A DNA stretch of 64,000 bases from an uncultured delta proteobacterium (GTDB lineage: Bacteria > Desulfobacterota > Desulfobacteria > Desulfobacterales > JAFDCJ01), in contig CAVYNY010000011.1 of the NCBI GenBank assembly GCA_963769935.1, positions 96,001 through 160,000 on the forward strand, written 5' to 3'. The position numbers and the translations under genes are program-made. This document shows, piece after piece, positions 31,161 to 42,240 of this stretch. The notes below the pieces were generated by a model that was not told where the DNA came from, searched no databases, and saw nothing but the letters and a program-made list of their open reading frames with translations. Position 1 is the first letter of the stretch. Each line of letters opens with the position of its first letter.

Positions 31161-31320
31161 AAGCCCCAAGAGGTTCAAAGTAAAAGCCTGGTCGATATGC
31201 TTGGCGACACACCTCAATAGAAACAAAGAGCCAAAAGCTTGGCGGGAAAATTGAGGAAAATAGCCGGGATAAATCAGAAATGAAGCAGTCGGGCTCTGAA
31301 AGGGATCACTTGGGGCTATT
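31161..31320 (+). ncRNA. Candidate structured non-coding RNA (~157 nt, rod-shaped; possibly 6S-like)
   Basis: Closing stem AGCCCCAAG/CTTGGGGCT, nested GGTTC/GGATC, AGCCTG/CGGGCT, CCTCAAT/ATTGAGG, GCCAA/TTGGC; G-U pairs favour the + strand; starts at the predicted TSS; U-rich tail. Confidence 0.6.
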
Positions 31321-31384
31321 TATTTTGTATCCGCCGCCAAGCCGATTCGGCCCTCTAAATTAAAGAACCCTGCAAGCAGCCCGA

Positions 31385-31750
31385 TCAGCTGCTGAATTTT
31401 TTCTCTCGCCCTCCGCGTTTACCCGGCATAAGAAAACAAGGATCATCCAAGCAGTTGCAGATATAGGCGTTGATGATCTTTTCGAGTTCACCGGCAATAC
31501 CGCTTATTAAAGCGATGTTCTTGCCGGCCAGAAATTTACACATTACATCGCTTACCCCGGCACAGATGATCTTCCTGATACCCCAGCGGGTGATCACCTC
31601 GAGGCGTTCAGGGATGGACATCTTCTCCAGAGAGATCTCCTGTCGGAGGATTTCATGCCCGCCTTCAATATCGAACACCACAATACGCCTGCATGAATCA
31701 AAAACGGGCGAAACGCGTGATTCAAATACCGGTATGGCAATTCTTTCCAT
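31385..31750 (-). CDS. NifB/NifX-like (dinitrogenase FeMo-cofactor-binding family) protein
   Basis: IAIPVF..RVSPVFD, IICAGVS, F.MPG. Confidence 0.85.
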   Translation of the reverse strand: MERIAIPVFESRVSPVFDSCRRIVVFDIEGGHEILRQEISLEKMSIPERLEVITRWGIRKIICAGVSDVMCKFLAGKNIALISGIAGELEKIINAYICNCLDDPCFLMPGKRGGREKKFSS

Positions 31751-31863
31751 AGATAATTGTTAGCAGAAGACCTGTGCAAATAATGATTTATGTTTGTCAG
31801 ATTGCAGCAACAATTGATTTTTCAAGAAATATTCATTCCGAATGATCAAGGTCATAACGATGC

Positions 31864-32823
31864 TCAGCTGTCAGGCGGATGGTCGCAGCAGCCGCAGGTC
31901 GATGAAAGCTCAGATTTTAATTCGGTGTCGGCGAGCTCCCACCAGAGAGCGTTAATGGGAATCTGCCGGGAGGCCGCAAGATCCAGTTGGTTGTTAAATG
32001 ACGGCGGAAGTTTGCGCTTTAGGATGATCTCGTCTTCCGGTCCTAAAAAACCCCGCCAGATGGAATCGACGAGGCTCGCTGCGCGTGATGTTTTAAGAAA
32101 CAGCAGACATGCCGTCAACTGCCGGGTTGCCGCACAAAACCTGCATTCCATGTTTTGATCCGCATCCACAAAGTATTCAAACCCCGGAGACCGAGTCGCA
32201 CCGATGAAGGCCGGGGGCTGCCGGGAATAAAACGCATACAGGCCGGCCAGGCGATCAAACAAGGGGTAGCTAATCTGCCAACCGGGCACATTCCGGATAA
32301 GGCTTCTCTCATCAGTTCCATCCGGGGAGGTCATCCGCAGGTCGGAGGCCTTCCGGGTTCGTATTCTGAGGGTATCAAGGCTGTCCACGATAAAATGAAC
32401 CAGCGTTTCGGCTTCGTCCAGTATAATAGAGACACTGCCCACCGCGAAAAACGTTTCCGGTATGCATGCCCTTGCTTCCAGCCGCGGTGTATGGGTTTCG
32501 TCGAACAGATCACCGGTAAGGAGTTCCTGCTCCTGCGGTGAAAAGGCTGCAAATATACTGCTGTCGACATAGGGATAGCATTTGACGGCAAAATGGCCCG
32601 CGCACAAAGTCCTGCCTGCCGTTTCAACGGTTTCGGCATCTTCCAGAGCCAGTGCATAAACTCCGGGCGCTTGATCTATCCAAATATACCACTCGGGCTT
32701 TTCACCCCAGACTTGACTCACTGCTTTAAGGTTGAGCATGTGTCGGACATGCTCAACCCATGAAGCAGTGATCAGCATGCTCTCAACTTTGTTTCGGAAA
32801 AAGCTGTCAAAATCGATACTCAC
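31864..32823 (-). CDS. Hypothetical protein with CxxC and terminal CGCCDH
   Basis: 319-aa ORF, GTGA overlap with upstream gene; no family recognised. Confidence 0.75.
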   Translation of the reverse strand: MSIDFDSFFRNKVESMLITASWVEHVRHMLNLKAVSQVWGEKPEWYIWIDQAPGVYALALEDAETVETAGRTLCAGHFAVKCYPYVDSSIFAAFSPQEQELLTGDLFDETHTPRLEARACIPETFFAVGSVSIILDEAETLVHFIVDSLDTLRIRTRKASDLRMTSPDGTDERSLIRNVPGWQISYPLFDRLAGLYAFYSRQPPAFIGATRSPGFEYFVDADQNMECRFCAATRQLTACLLFLKTSRAASLVDSIWRGFLGPEDEIILKRKLPPSFNNQLDLAASRQIPINALWWELADTELKSELSSTCGCCDHPPDS

Positions 32824-33092
32824 AACCGGCCTGCCTTTTGAAAAAGTTCTTTAACGATATCATTTTTTTCGCGTCCTTCGGTTTCAATACCGTGCTGGCG
32901 GGCAGTTTCCAAAAGAATATCATCCGGATAGGCGAGCGTCAGAGCATAGCTGGAATCGTAGGATTCAAAATAACGATCAAATTCGTCGGTCTGATCGGCT
33001 TCCTGCATACCCTCCCGGAAACCATGGATGATTTCGGCAGTTTGTCGCTGAAAATAGCATTTGCAAAAATCACGTTTGCTTTTGTCGACCAT
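32820..33092 (-). CDS. Small hypothetical protein
   Basis: 90-aa ORF tightly packed in the operon, RBS GAGG. Confidence 0.7.
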   Translation of the reverse strand: MVDKSKRDFCKCYFQRQTAEIIHGFREGMQEADQTDEFDRYFESYDSSYALTLAYPDDILLETARQHGIETEGREKNDIVKELFQKAGRL

Positions 33093-33093
33093 C

Positions 33094-34401
33094 TTAATAA
33101 GCCTCTTTTCTCACCAGGGGCCAGCCGCCAAAAAAATCCCGCTGGATCATAATGATACTAAGAAACAGCAGGATCCAAACGAGCGGGGTGTCTCCAGGCT
33201 GGGCGAAACCGGGGACCTTGGCCAGAAAAAATGTTGCCAGCGGTGAATAATAAAACCAATAAAAAAGCAACCCGCCGCCGATGGCGATGGCGGTTCGCAT
33301 AATTGCACGGGCCCAGATGCCGGTTGAATTGGGGAAGTTATTAAAATAGTTCTTCAATATGAAGGCGGCCAGTACAAAAAAGCCGGCCAGTTCACCGGCG
33401 TGGATGAACCTGAAATCGGGTCCGTCGGTATACTGGCCTCCCATGAAGGGCTCATCCCAGATCAGGATGAAGATTTTGAGCAGGATCCACAGGGTAATCG
33501 CACCGAGAATCAAGGTGGCGGCGAAGGTGACAATTCCTTTGAGAAACGTGCCTTCACCGTTTTTATTCATGAGCTTCCAGGGGCTGCCCTCCCAGAGCAG
33601 ATCCGAAACGACAATCCAGAATAACGAACACAGAACCAAGCCCAGGCCCACAAAAGCACTGCCGGTATCGCAAAAACCCTGCCACCATGGCTGGACGCCG
33701 GCTTTTGACTGCGCCGGATAGAACAAATAGCAAACATGGGGATGAAATAAAATACTGTAAATGATGGTAACAAAAAACAATATCGCAAACAGACGCGACC
33801 ATGCCAACGTGCCCCGGCCGACGTTTTGCCATGGCCAACGGCCGAAGCCCAGGTTCCAGAACAGTGCGACCCAAAGAAAGGCGGTAAAGTAATAGACGAT
33901 GGCAGTCGACGAGTTTTCGCGTGCCACGAACGGTTCGGCACCGGTGCCGCCCGCAGCGACGATAGACTGCGGACTAAAATAGGCAATGCCGAATTTGCCG
34001 ATAAAGTACCAGAGCACGACATAGTGGATAAACAGCATTAGAATGAATGCGACAATCGTGAGCAAAATACCCCGCCCGATCCGATTGCCGGCCGCGGATG
34101 GCTCCGCAAAGGGGAAATAGTCGGCAACATTGGTCATTAGAACGATAGACGATAGCAGCACCACCAACAATGCGAATCCATACATTGGGGTGTAAAGCTT
34201 CATGACCGTATTCGGATTCATGAAAATGTACCACAGAAACCACACGATACCGAATGCGGCAATAAAATTAATGAGTCCGAACAGATAGTTAAACCTTTTT
34301 TCGGTGTTTGATGCAGTATTCATTTGTTCACCTGCCATAAGGATTGAGAGTGGCGAAGAGAAAAGAAACCGTATGACAAGGCTTCTATTCTCTTCCTTCA
34401 T
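33094..34401 (-). CDS. Polytopic membrane protein (putative transporter), uncharacterised
   Basis: About 10-11 hydrophobic segments, recurring G.WP(W)/xFP helix-end motifs; start may be 34323. Confidence 0.8.
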   Translation of the reverse strand: MKEENRSLVIRFLFSSPLSILMAGEQMNTASNTEKRFNYLFGLINFIAAFGIVWFLWYIFMNPNTVMKLYTPMYGFALLVVLLSSIVLMTNVADYFPFAEPSAAGNRIGRGILLTIVAFILMLFIHYVVLWYFIGKFGIAYFSPQSIVAAGGTGAEPFVARENSSTAIVYYFTAFLWVALFWNLGFGRWPWQNVGRGTLAWSRLFAILFFVTIIYSILFHPHVCYLFYPAQSKAGVQPWWQGFCDTGSAFVGLGLVLCSLFWIVVSDLLWEGSPWKLMNKNGEGTFLKGIVTFAATLILGAITLWILLKIFILIWDEPFMGGQYTDGPDFRFIHAGELAGFFVLAAFILKNYFNNFPNSTGIWARAIMRTAIAIGGGLLFYWFYYSPLATFFLAKVPGFAQPGDTPLVWILLFLSIIMIQRDFFGGWPLVRKEAY

Positions 34402-34420
34402 TGGTGGTCTGAAACTCGCT

Positions 34421-35527
34421 TTAAAGGATTACGTGGTCACCGTTGGTCAGAAAGACGTTGCTCTCCTTGGCCACGGTCGAGGTCCGCTTGTATTCCTTAT
34501 ACTTGTTCGTGCCTTTTACGATCGGCACCCCGGCCGCCGCCGCCTTTTCAGCCCAGATCCAGCCCGTGCAATGGTTGCAGCCCAGCTTCTGAATCTTGAA
34601 TGCCTGCACGCCCTTGATGATGTCATCGAATTTCGGTTCCCAGGTTTCAAACAGGGTAATGTGCAGGCCTCCATAGCAGCCATACGGCTGGTAGCCCTTG
34701 AAATTTTTGCGGGCATAGGAGAACAAGGAGAGGATCCCCGGATGGCAGCAGCCGGTGACCGTCACGATCCCTTTATCTTTGACGTTGAAGTACAGCACGT
34801 TTTCACCCCGAACCCGCAAAAGAATGGGCACATCAAACATCCTGGCCGCCACACCCGGCATGATCCGGTAAACGCCTTCACCATTCTCGCCGGCCGGATC
34901 GCACAGAAGCAATTTGCCCGTGTGGGGGTAGTCGTTTTTGCAAACGTGCTTCATTTCACCGGTATCTTTGTCTTTGGCCTGGTGGTGGGCCTTTTCCTTC
35001 AATAGGGCGATGTCTTCCGGATAGTAAGTCTTGGGGGCGTACATGGTGATATCCTGTTTGTGCTTCAGCGTCGATTCGATGCCCCAGGTGTGGTCCAAAT
35101 GCCAATGGGAGAGAACAAACAATTCAATTTCGCCTTTTTTCAGCATGTTGGCGATATCATTTTTCTCCTCGAAGATATAGTCCATCCAACCATTATTCCA
35201 GCCCGAATCCATCAGTATTTTCCGTTCATCACCTTCGAGGGTCGTCACCGTAATCAGCGCCGCATAACCGCCGGCATTGTCCCAGTCCCAGGGAATCGTA
35301 TACTGGTTGGTCATGGCGCCGCCGTATTCCATCAAGTTCTTTTTAAAAATATCATTGTTGAACCAGCTGGTCTCTGACAGGACATCGATGCGCACACTTT
35401 TAATTTCACCGATATCCACCTTATTACTGGCATGCGCCTTGCGGGGCAGCATCAAATTGACCGTGCTGCCCATGGAGGCTGCAACGCCGGTTGCGGCAAT
35501 GGATTTCAAAAATGTTCTTCTTTTCAT
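34421..35527 (-). CDS. Tat-exported MBL-fold metallo-hydrolase
   Basis: MKRRTFLK signal; ILMDSG, SHWHLDH, TGCCHPG, GGLH, NHCTG. Confidence 0.9.
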   Translation of the reverse strand: MKRRTFLKSIAATGVAASMGSTVNLMLPRKAHASNKVDIGEIKSVRIDVLSETSWFNNDIFKKNLMEYGGAMTNQYTIPWDWDNAGGYAALITVTTLEGDERKILMDSGWNNGWMDYIFEEKNDIANMLKKGEIELFVLSHWHLDHTWGIESTLKHKQDITMYAPKTYYPEDIALLKEKAHHQAKDKDTGEMKHVCKNDYPHTGKLLLCDPAGENGEGVYRIMPGVAARMFDVPILLRVRGENVLYFNVKDKGIVTVTGCCHPGILSLFSYARKNFKGYQPYGCYGGLHITLFETWEPKFDDIIKGVQAFKIQKLGCNHCTGWIWAEKAAAAGVPIVKGTNKYKEYKRTSTVAKESNVFLTNGDHVIL

Positions 35528-35648
35528 AAAAACCTCCTCCTTTCCTTAAATGGTTAGCGACTTCGCGAACGATTCGGCCCTGAGCTCCGGGGACTGACTG
35601 AGATTGCTCGAAACCTGAATCGCAAGCATTAATCCGGTCCTGATTCAG

Positions 35649-35663
35649 GCAATAAACATGCCA
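35649..35663 (-). promoter_or_regulatory. Sigma54 -24/-12 promoter of the leftward operon
   Basis: TGGCAT-GTTTA-TTGC on the minus strand. Confidence 0.75.
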
Positions 35664-35844
35664 TGACCAAGATTTCACAAAAAAGTCGTTTATCTTATTG
35701 AAAATATTAATTAATTCCTTAAAAATCATTTATTGACATGAAGGAGGATTTGAAATATAAGGAAACAAAACGCACCCGATTTAGGTTTTACAAAGGGAAC
35801 AATTTACGCCCTTTCGCCCATGCCAAAGTTGGAGGATCGCACCC

Positions 35845-37191
<1,347 letters not shown>

Positions 37192-37404
37192 TACACTGCA
37201 AAATTTTGTGTTGCGGGATAAAAGTGGCCTGAAAAAAGGCCGAATTCATTATTGTCTTTCAATATACATTTTAAAGCCCTTCCTTTACACCCTGAAAAAG
37301 ATTCCGACACCAATCCGAGGCAACCTCAACAGCGACAAGGAATTTTACTTCCAGTAATTGGTTTTATTTGAACCGGTTATCTCCGTCTATTTGTTTTGGC
37401 AATT

Positions 37405-37420
37405 TGGCATGAAGCTTGCT
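37405..37420 (+). promoter_or_regulatory. Sigma54 -24/-12 promoter of the flavoprotein gene
   Basis: TGGCAT-GAAGC-TTGCT. Confidence 0.75.
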
Positions 37421-37503
37421 CATGAGTTCCATGGATCCGATCAAAGATTAATGGATATTCGTGTCGTGTCCTGGGTAAAACTTCAAAAAGAAAGGAGATA
37501 ATC

Positions 37504-38889
37504 ATGGGACCAGACGTCATTATCGTCGGTGGAGGGCCTGCCGGTATTATTACGGCCTTGACGGCTAAAAGTGTGTATCCTGAAAAATCGGTATGCGTTA
37601 TAAAGGATATCGGCGACGGTGTCATTCCCTGCGCCATTCCGTATATGATGCGCACCCTGTCCGACCCCAAGCAAAATGCCATGGGCAATTTGCCGCTTGA
37701 GAAGGCCGGCGTGGACATTAAAGTGGGCAGGGTGGTTGCCCTGGATGCTCGAGCCCATACGGTCACCTTGGAATCCGGTGAAGTCATGTCCTATGAACGA
37801 CTCGTACTGGCCACCGGTACGGACATGGTCATTCCGCCGATTCCCGGCGCGGATAAACAAGGTGTCTTTTCCATCCGCAAGAGTATGTCAGCAATGATCG
37901 TTTTGCGGGAAAAAGCCCTCCAGGCAAAAAGGATTGTCATTATAGGCGGGGGATTTATCGGTGCTGAATTTGCCGATGAGTTGTCCAGAGGATCTGATGG
38001 GCCTATTCATCTAGTCGAAATATTGCCGAAGCTTTTATATACAGCCTTCGATGACGAATTTTGCGATGAGATATCCAAGGTACTGGTTGCCGCGGGTGTC
38101 AACGTTCATACCCAACGTCCGGTCATATCGATCAACGGCCAACAGCAGGTGGAGTCGGTCACCCTGGCAGGCGGGGAAAAGATTGCCGCCGACATGGTGT
38201 TGATCAGCGTCGGGGCCAAGCCTTCGAGCAAGTTGGCAGAGGATGCCGGATTGCGGATCGTCGAGAATGGATCCATCTGGGTTGATGACTATATGCGCAC
38301 CAACGTCGAGGATATATTTGCCGTGGGTGACTGCGCCGTAAAACGAGATTTTTTCACCAGAAAGGCCGCTCCGGTTTGGTTGGCTTCAACCGCCACAGCC
38401 GAAGCACGAAATGCGGGCACCAATATTTACGGCATCCGAGTGCTGCATCAAATTCAAGGAACCATCGCCGCTTTTTCGACCCAATTTGGCGGCCGATCGT
38501 TTGCCAGCGCCGGAATGACCGGCCGCACCTGTGAAAAAGAGGGATTTCGCTGTGTTTCGGCAACATCAACTGCGCCCGACCGTCATCCCGGGATGCTTCC
38601 CGGAGCAAGCGAAATGAAAGTAAAGCTGATCTTCGCAGACCGATCCGGCATCATTCTCGGAGGTCAGATTTGCGGCGGACCGTCGGCAGGAGAACTCATC
38701 AATATGGTGGCGCTAGCGATTCAAAAGAAAGTCACCGTGCGGGAGCTGGATATGCTGCAAATCGCCACCCATCCGTTGCTGACATCTGCCCCCACGGTTC
38801 ATCCGCTGATCAATGCCGCTCATCAGGCCTTGGCGCAATTAAGGGCCACCGTTATGCCGGTGACTGAGCCTTTAAAAAAGGTCGCTTGA
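37504..38889 (+). CDS. FAD-dependent pyridine nucleotide-disulfide oxidoreductase (NADH oxidase/CoA-disulfide reductase-like)
   Basis: GGGPAG, single-Cys PCAIPY, GGGFIG.E, FAVGDC. Confidence 0.92.
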   Translation: MGPDVIIVGGGPAGIITALTAKSVYPEKSVCVIKDIGDGVIPCAIPYMMRTLSDPKQNAMGNLPLEKAGVDIKVGRVVALDARAHTVTLESGEVMSYERLVLATGTDMVIPPIPGADKQGVFSIRKSMSAMIVLREKALQAKRIVIIGGGFIGAEFADELSRGSDGPIHLVEILPKLLYTAFDDEFCDEISKVLVAAGVNVHTQRPVISINGQQQVESVTLAGGEKIAADMVLISVGAKPSSKLAEDAGLRIVENGSIWVDDYMRTNVEDIFAVGDCAVKRDFFTRKAAPVWLASTATAEARNAGTNIYGIRVLHQIQGTIAAFSTQFGGRSFASAGMTGRTCEKEGFRCVSATSTAPDRHPGMLPGASEMKVKLIFADRSGIILGGQICGGPSAGELINMVALAIQKKVTVRELDMLQIATHPLLTSAPTVHPLINAAHQALAQLRATVMPVTEPLKKVA

Positions 38890-39012
38890 TGAGCCATAGG
38901 ATAGGATTAATGCATGCATAGTGACTAAACCTGACCGAATTCAGCCTGTAATTGACGACTTTTGGCAGTTTGAGTATTGACAATTTTACCGCGTGACCGA
39001 CCTCTGAATAGC

Positions 39013-39416
39013 TCAGAGCAACTTGAATTGCACATTTATTTGTTGACCGAGATTGCCGACAGAGGCCCCGATTGCCTTGGGGTCTTTTGCCATAATGCCC
39101 GCGGCGAGATCTGCAAGACCCGCGGCGAGGCGGATAACACCGCCAACGGTCTGCAGCTCTATGATTGTTTTTTGATTTGTTCGATCACGTTTTTCAGCTC
39201 GGCGGCCGGCTCCTTTATGGCATCAATAGTAAGACCGACGGCCGTTGTTGTTGCAAAGGTTGATACACGCAGCAGGGTTTTGAAGGATTCATTAAGGAAC
39301 TCATATTCTGCACGGCTGATTTGTTTAAAATTATCGTCGAGGTACTTATCCAGGACCTGGGAAGCATCCAGGAGTGCGTCGGCGATTGTACGTGCTTCCT
39401 CAGCTGTTAAAGCCAT
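39013..39416 (-). pseudogene. Helical hypothetical protein, frameshift in an A-run near 39170
   Basis: Adding one A extends the ORF as TIIELQTVGGVIRLAAGLADLAAGIMAKDPKAIGASVGNL to TGA at 39013. Confidence 0.6.
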
Positions 39417-39436
39417 GTTTATTTCCTCCTATCTTT

Positions 39437-40275
39437 CTATGACTCATAGGATTTGATGAGTATTTTGATCTGCTTGCGAAGTTGCATAGTAAGAGAGTAT
39501 AGATCCTTAGTCAGGGTTTTGGCATCGAGTTTGTTTCTGTTATTGTAGAGTTTTTGATGGCCTTCACATGCTCAGCATTTTGCTCCAGCCGCACTTCTTT
39601 CCATTCTTCCAGTGCAACTTTTGCGGCATCGGAGGCACTGCCGGTCTGCAGCTGGGAATCGTAGTATCGATCAAGCATAGTTCTTTCAATCTTCAGGTCA
39701 CGGCGAAAATCCTGATCGACGATCCGGCGTAGTTCACCGCTTAAGATTACTTGCAGCGGGGCGTTTGCCCGTTCAACAACCGTGGTCACTTGCTTTGCCT
39801 GGTAGAGCTTCGCCGATGCTCCGAGTACTATTTTTACCAGCGAACCCACGGCACCGATTGTGTCCGTGGAGATTCCCGCATTCAGCTTACCGATCCCTGT
39901 AGTCAGAGCAGCGGCGTCCTCTTTGTAGTCAATTGGGCTGTCGCTGGAGAGTGTCTTCAGGGCCGCCATATAATCGGAGACTACCGACAGTATCTGTCTC
40001 AGGGCCTCGGCCTGGTTCTGGCGCAAAGCAATTTGATCTTCCCAAGGTCCCGAGGGGTCATACCGCTTCAGCCTCTGCGGAGTGTTGGCATAGGTAGTGA
40101 CTATCTCGTCATACTGGGTGGCCTCGACCGATGTTTTTGACCATTCGTGTACGGCTGTCAGATTAATACAAGACGCAGCGAATATGACAATACCGGCTAC
40201 CGCTACTGCTAAGAAATATTCTCTTCGTTGTTTCATTAATCTCAATTTTTTTTCTCCCTCTCCTCTTTTGCTCAT
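39437..40275 (-). pseudogene. Helical lipoprotein with disrupted C-terminus
   Basis: AAS-C lipobox; a likely original tail EGHQKLYNNRNKLDAK...YES* lies in another frame from about 39565. Confidence 0.6.
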
Positions 40276-40315
40276 GGAGTAATCTACGGCCCAGACCTCG
40301 CGAACCTGGCATAAA

Positions 40316-40338
40316 TGGTGGGCGGAACAGGATTTGAA
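40316..40338 (-). other. tRNA 3'-end fragment (att-site scar, tRNA-Val-like)
   Basis: Minus strand TTCAAATCCTGTTCCGCCCACCA: T-loop, T-stem 3' strand, acceptor 3' strand and CCA, without the 5' half. Confidence 0.6.
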
Positions 40339-40436
40339 GCAGTTTTCGGATTGGATGCAGAGGACGGGGTCAGCTTGAGAGTGAAAGCGGGATTTGGAAC
40401 AGAACGAGGTTGCGGCTTAAAGGATTTGTTACATTA

Positions 40437-40565
40437 TTCAAAGAATGCTTTATGGGCCTCAACTCCCCCGGCGGGCTCAGGCTTTGGAAAGCACGCTATG
40501 ATTGGAAATCTCGTCATCGAGATCATAATCCAAAACCCACAGCCAATTCAGGCGCGCCGGGTTTG
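40437..40565 (-). pseudogene. IS1182/IS5-like (DUF772) transposase remnant
   Basis: P.RL.WLW.L.YDLDDEI.NHSVLSKA*AR.G/VEA.K.FFE. Confidence 0.7.
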
Positions 40566-40590
40566 TTGAGGCCGGTTCTCTATATTACGC

Positions 40591-41739
40591 TTAAAATTCC
40601 AGTTTTTTACCGTCGTAATCGACCATATCCGCATCTGTAATATAGTCCATCTTGACGGATTTCATGTATGCCAGCTGGGACTTGAAGGCCTTCATCGCCC
40701 GCGGCGACTTCTTGGCCCACTTGACCCACATCGCCGGCGCAAACCGCCGGAACTTGGCAATGTCTTCTTCGGTCAGGCGGATGACCTCCACGCCCTGTTC
40801 TTTCTGAAACTTTTCAAAGGCCACGATATCGGCCGCCTGAATCGCCGTGTATTGGTCCCTGGAATGTTCGACCATGGCCGCTTCCAGCAGCGCCTGCAGA
40901 TGCGGCGGAATTTTCTTCCAGGAATTCATATTGATGGCAATTCCCATCAGGTCGACGGGCTGATGCAGGCACGGCGTCGACGGCGGACCCATGATGATGT
41001 ACTTGGCGATTTCGCCGAATCCCAGGTTGTAGTTGATGGCGGCCCCCACGTAGTCGGCACCGTCGATAACGCCTTTTTCCAGGGCCGGGTAGACCTCGCC
41101 GCCCGGCAGCAGTACCGTGGCCACACCGGCGGCCCGGTAAATATCGGCGATGATACCGCCCGGGTAGCGGATCTTTTTGCCCTTGAAATCCTCAAAGTGC
41201 CGGATCGGCACCTTGGAGTGGATCAGGTTGTCGTCGTGCTGGATGGGGCCGATCCAGTACATGTTTTGTTCGCCATAGGCCTCGCGGGCAAGCTCTTTGC
41301 CGCCCAGCACGGTATACCAGGTATCCCATTGATCCGGCCGGTCCATCCCAAAGGGATAGGACGACAGAAAGGTTGCCACCGGAATCTTGCCCGGCCAGTA
41401 AACCTCGAAGCAGTGCATGGAGTCGAAAACACCGGCCTTGACGGCATCAAACATCTCGAACGTGCCCACGATGGCGCCGGCCGGAAACCCCTCGACTACC
41501 AGTTTGCCCTCGGTCATATTGCCGACATTGGCACAAAACTCCTTGAATTTCGTAAAACCCAGGGTCCCGGCATCCCAGGCCGTCTGCATCTTGATGGTAA
41601 TGGTTTCGGCAGCCGAAAGACGCATCACGGCCGGAAAACCGATCGAGCCTGCGGCAGCGCCGGCCACGGCGGCTGTCTTCAGGAATTTCCGGCGCGATTC
41701 TTGGTAATCTTGCGGGTGCTTTGTTTTGTCTTTTTTCAT
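40591..41739 (-). CDS. dctP: TRAP transporter substrate-binding protein (DctP/TakP-like), Tat signal, no adjacent permease
   Basis: SRRKFLK; FDAVKAG, YW.GK.P, KG.KIR, GGEVYPALEKGVID. Confidence 0.92.
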   Translation of the reverse strand: MKKDKTKHPQDYQESRRKFLKTAAVAGAAAGSIGFPAVMRLSAAETITIKMQTAWDAGTLGFTKFKEFCANVGNMTEGKLVVEGFPAGAIVGTFEMFDAVKAGVFDSMHCFEVYWPGKIPVATFLSSYPFGMDRPDQWDTWYTVLGGKELAREAYGEQNMYWIGPIQHDDNLIHSKVPIRHFEDFKGKKIRYPGGIIADIYRAAGVATVLLPGGEVYPALEKGVIDGADYVGAAINYNLGFGEIAKYIIMGPPSTPCLHQPVDLMGIAINMNSWKKIPPHLQALLEAAMVEHSRDQYTAIQAADIVAFEKFQKEQGVEVIRLTEEDIAKFRRFAPAMWVKWAKKSPRAMKAFKSQLAYMKSVKMDYITDADMVDYDGKKLEF

Positions 41740-41984
41740 TTAACCATCTCCTTTTACAGTTTATTTTTTGCCACAATTCTAACTTGCGGGTCCTCATCAT
41801 AGCCCCTTAAGTTGGCGGCAAGATGACGGCAAGATGACCAAAATATTTATTCCAACATTGAAAAACTGGTCCTTTGAGCCAGGTCACAGGTAATAGACTT
41901 TGGCGTAAATATATGCCGCGGGGTGTTGGAATAATGGCATGCTGGAATACCGGGTTTGGCGGTAAAAGATCTGTTTTATATGAA

Positions 41985-42240
41985 TGGCACTGATCAGAAA
42001 ATAAAATTAGACCATCATCCGCTTTTCATGCCCAATATTCCATTTTTCTCTCCGATCCGTAGGCTCTACGAGCCGGAGGCCACTATTCCAATATTCCATG
42101 GGTTATTTGACTTCAAACACCAGCCCTCTCTCCTAACTGCAGGATCTACGAACCGGAAGCTGGGATGTGATGTCAATGCCTGACCCTCCCTCCGGGCTGT
42201 AGGCCCTACGGGCCGGAAGCTGGGCCCGGATTTTTTACCC
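41985..42240 (+). repeat. MITE-like dispersed repeat carrying three nested 32-nt insertions (42049-42080, 42129-42160, 42189-42220)
   Basis: Shares GGCACTGATCAGAAAATAAAATTAGA..CATCATCC..TTTTCATGCCCAATATTCCA..GGGTTAT..GACTTCAAACACC with 58019-58156 (inverted). Confidence 0.8.

Noticed and set aside
31266..31292. SRP RNA helix-8-like motif (TCA-GAAA-TGA-AGCAG)
   Set aside because: The required CAGG strand of the symmetric loop is absent (TAAA instead), so it is not called SRP RNA.
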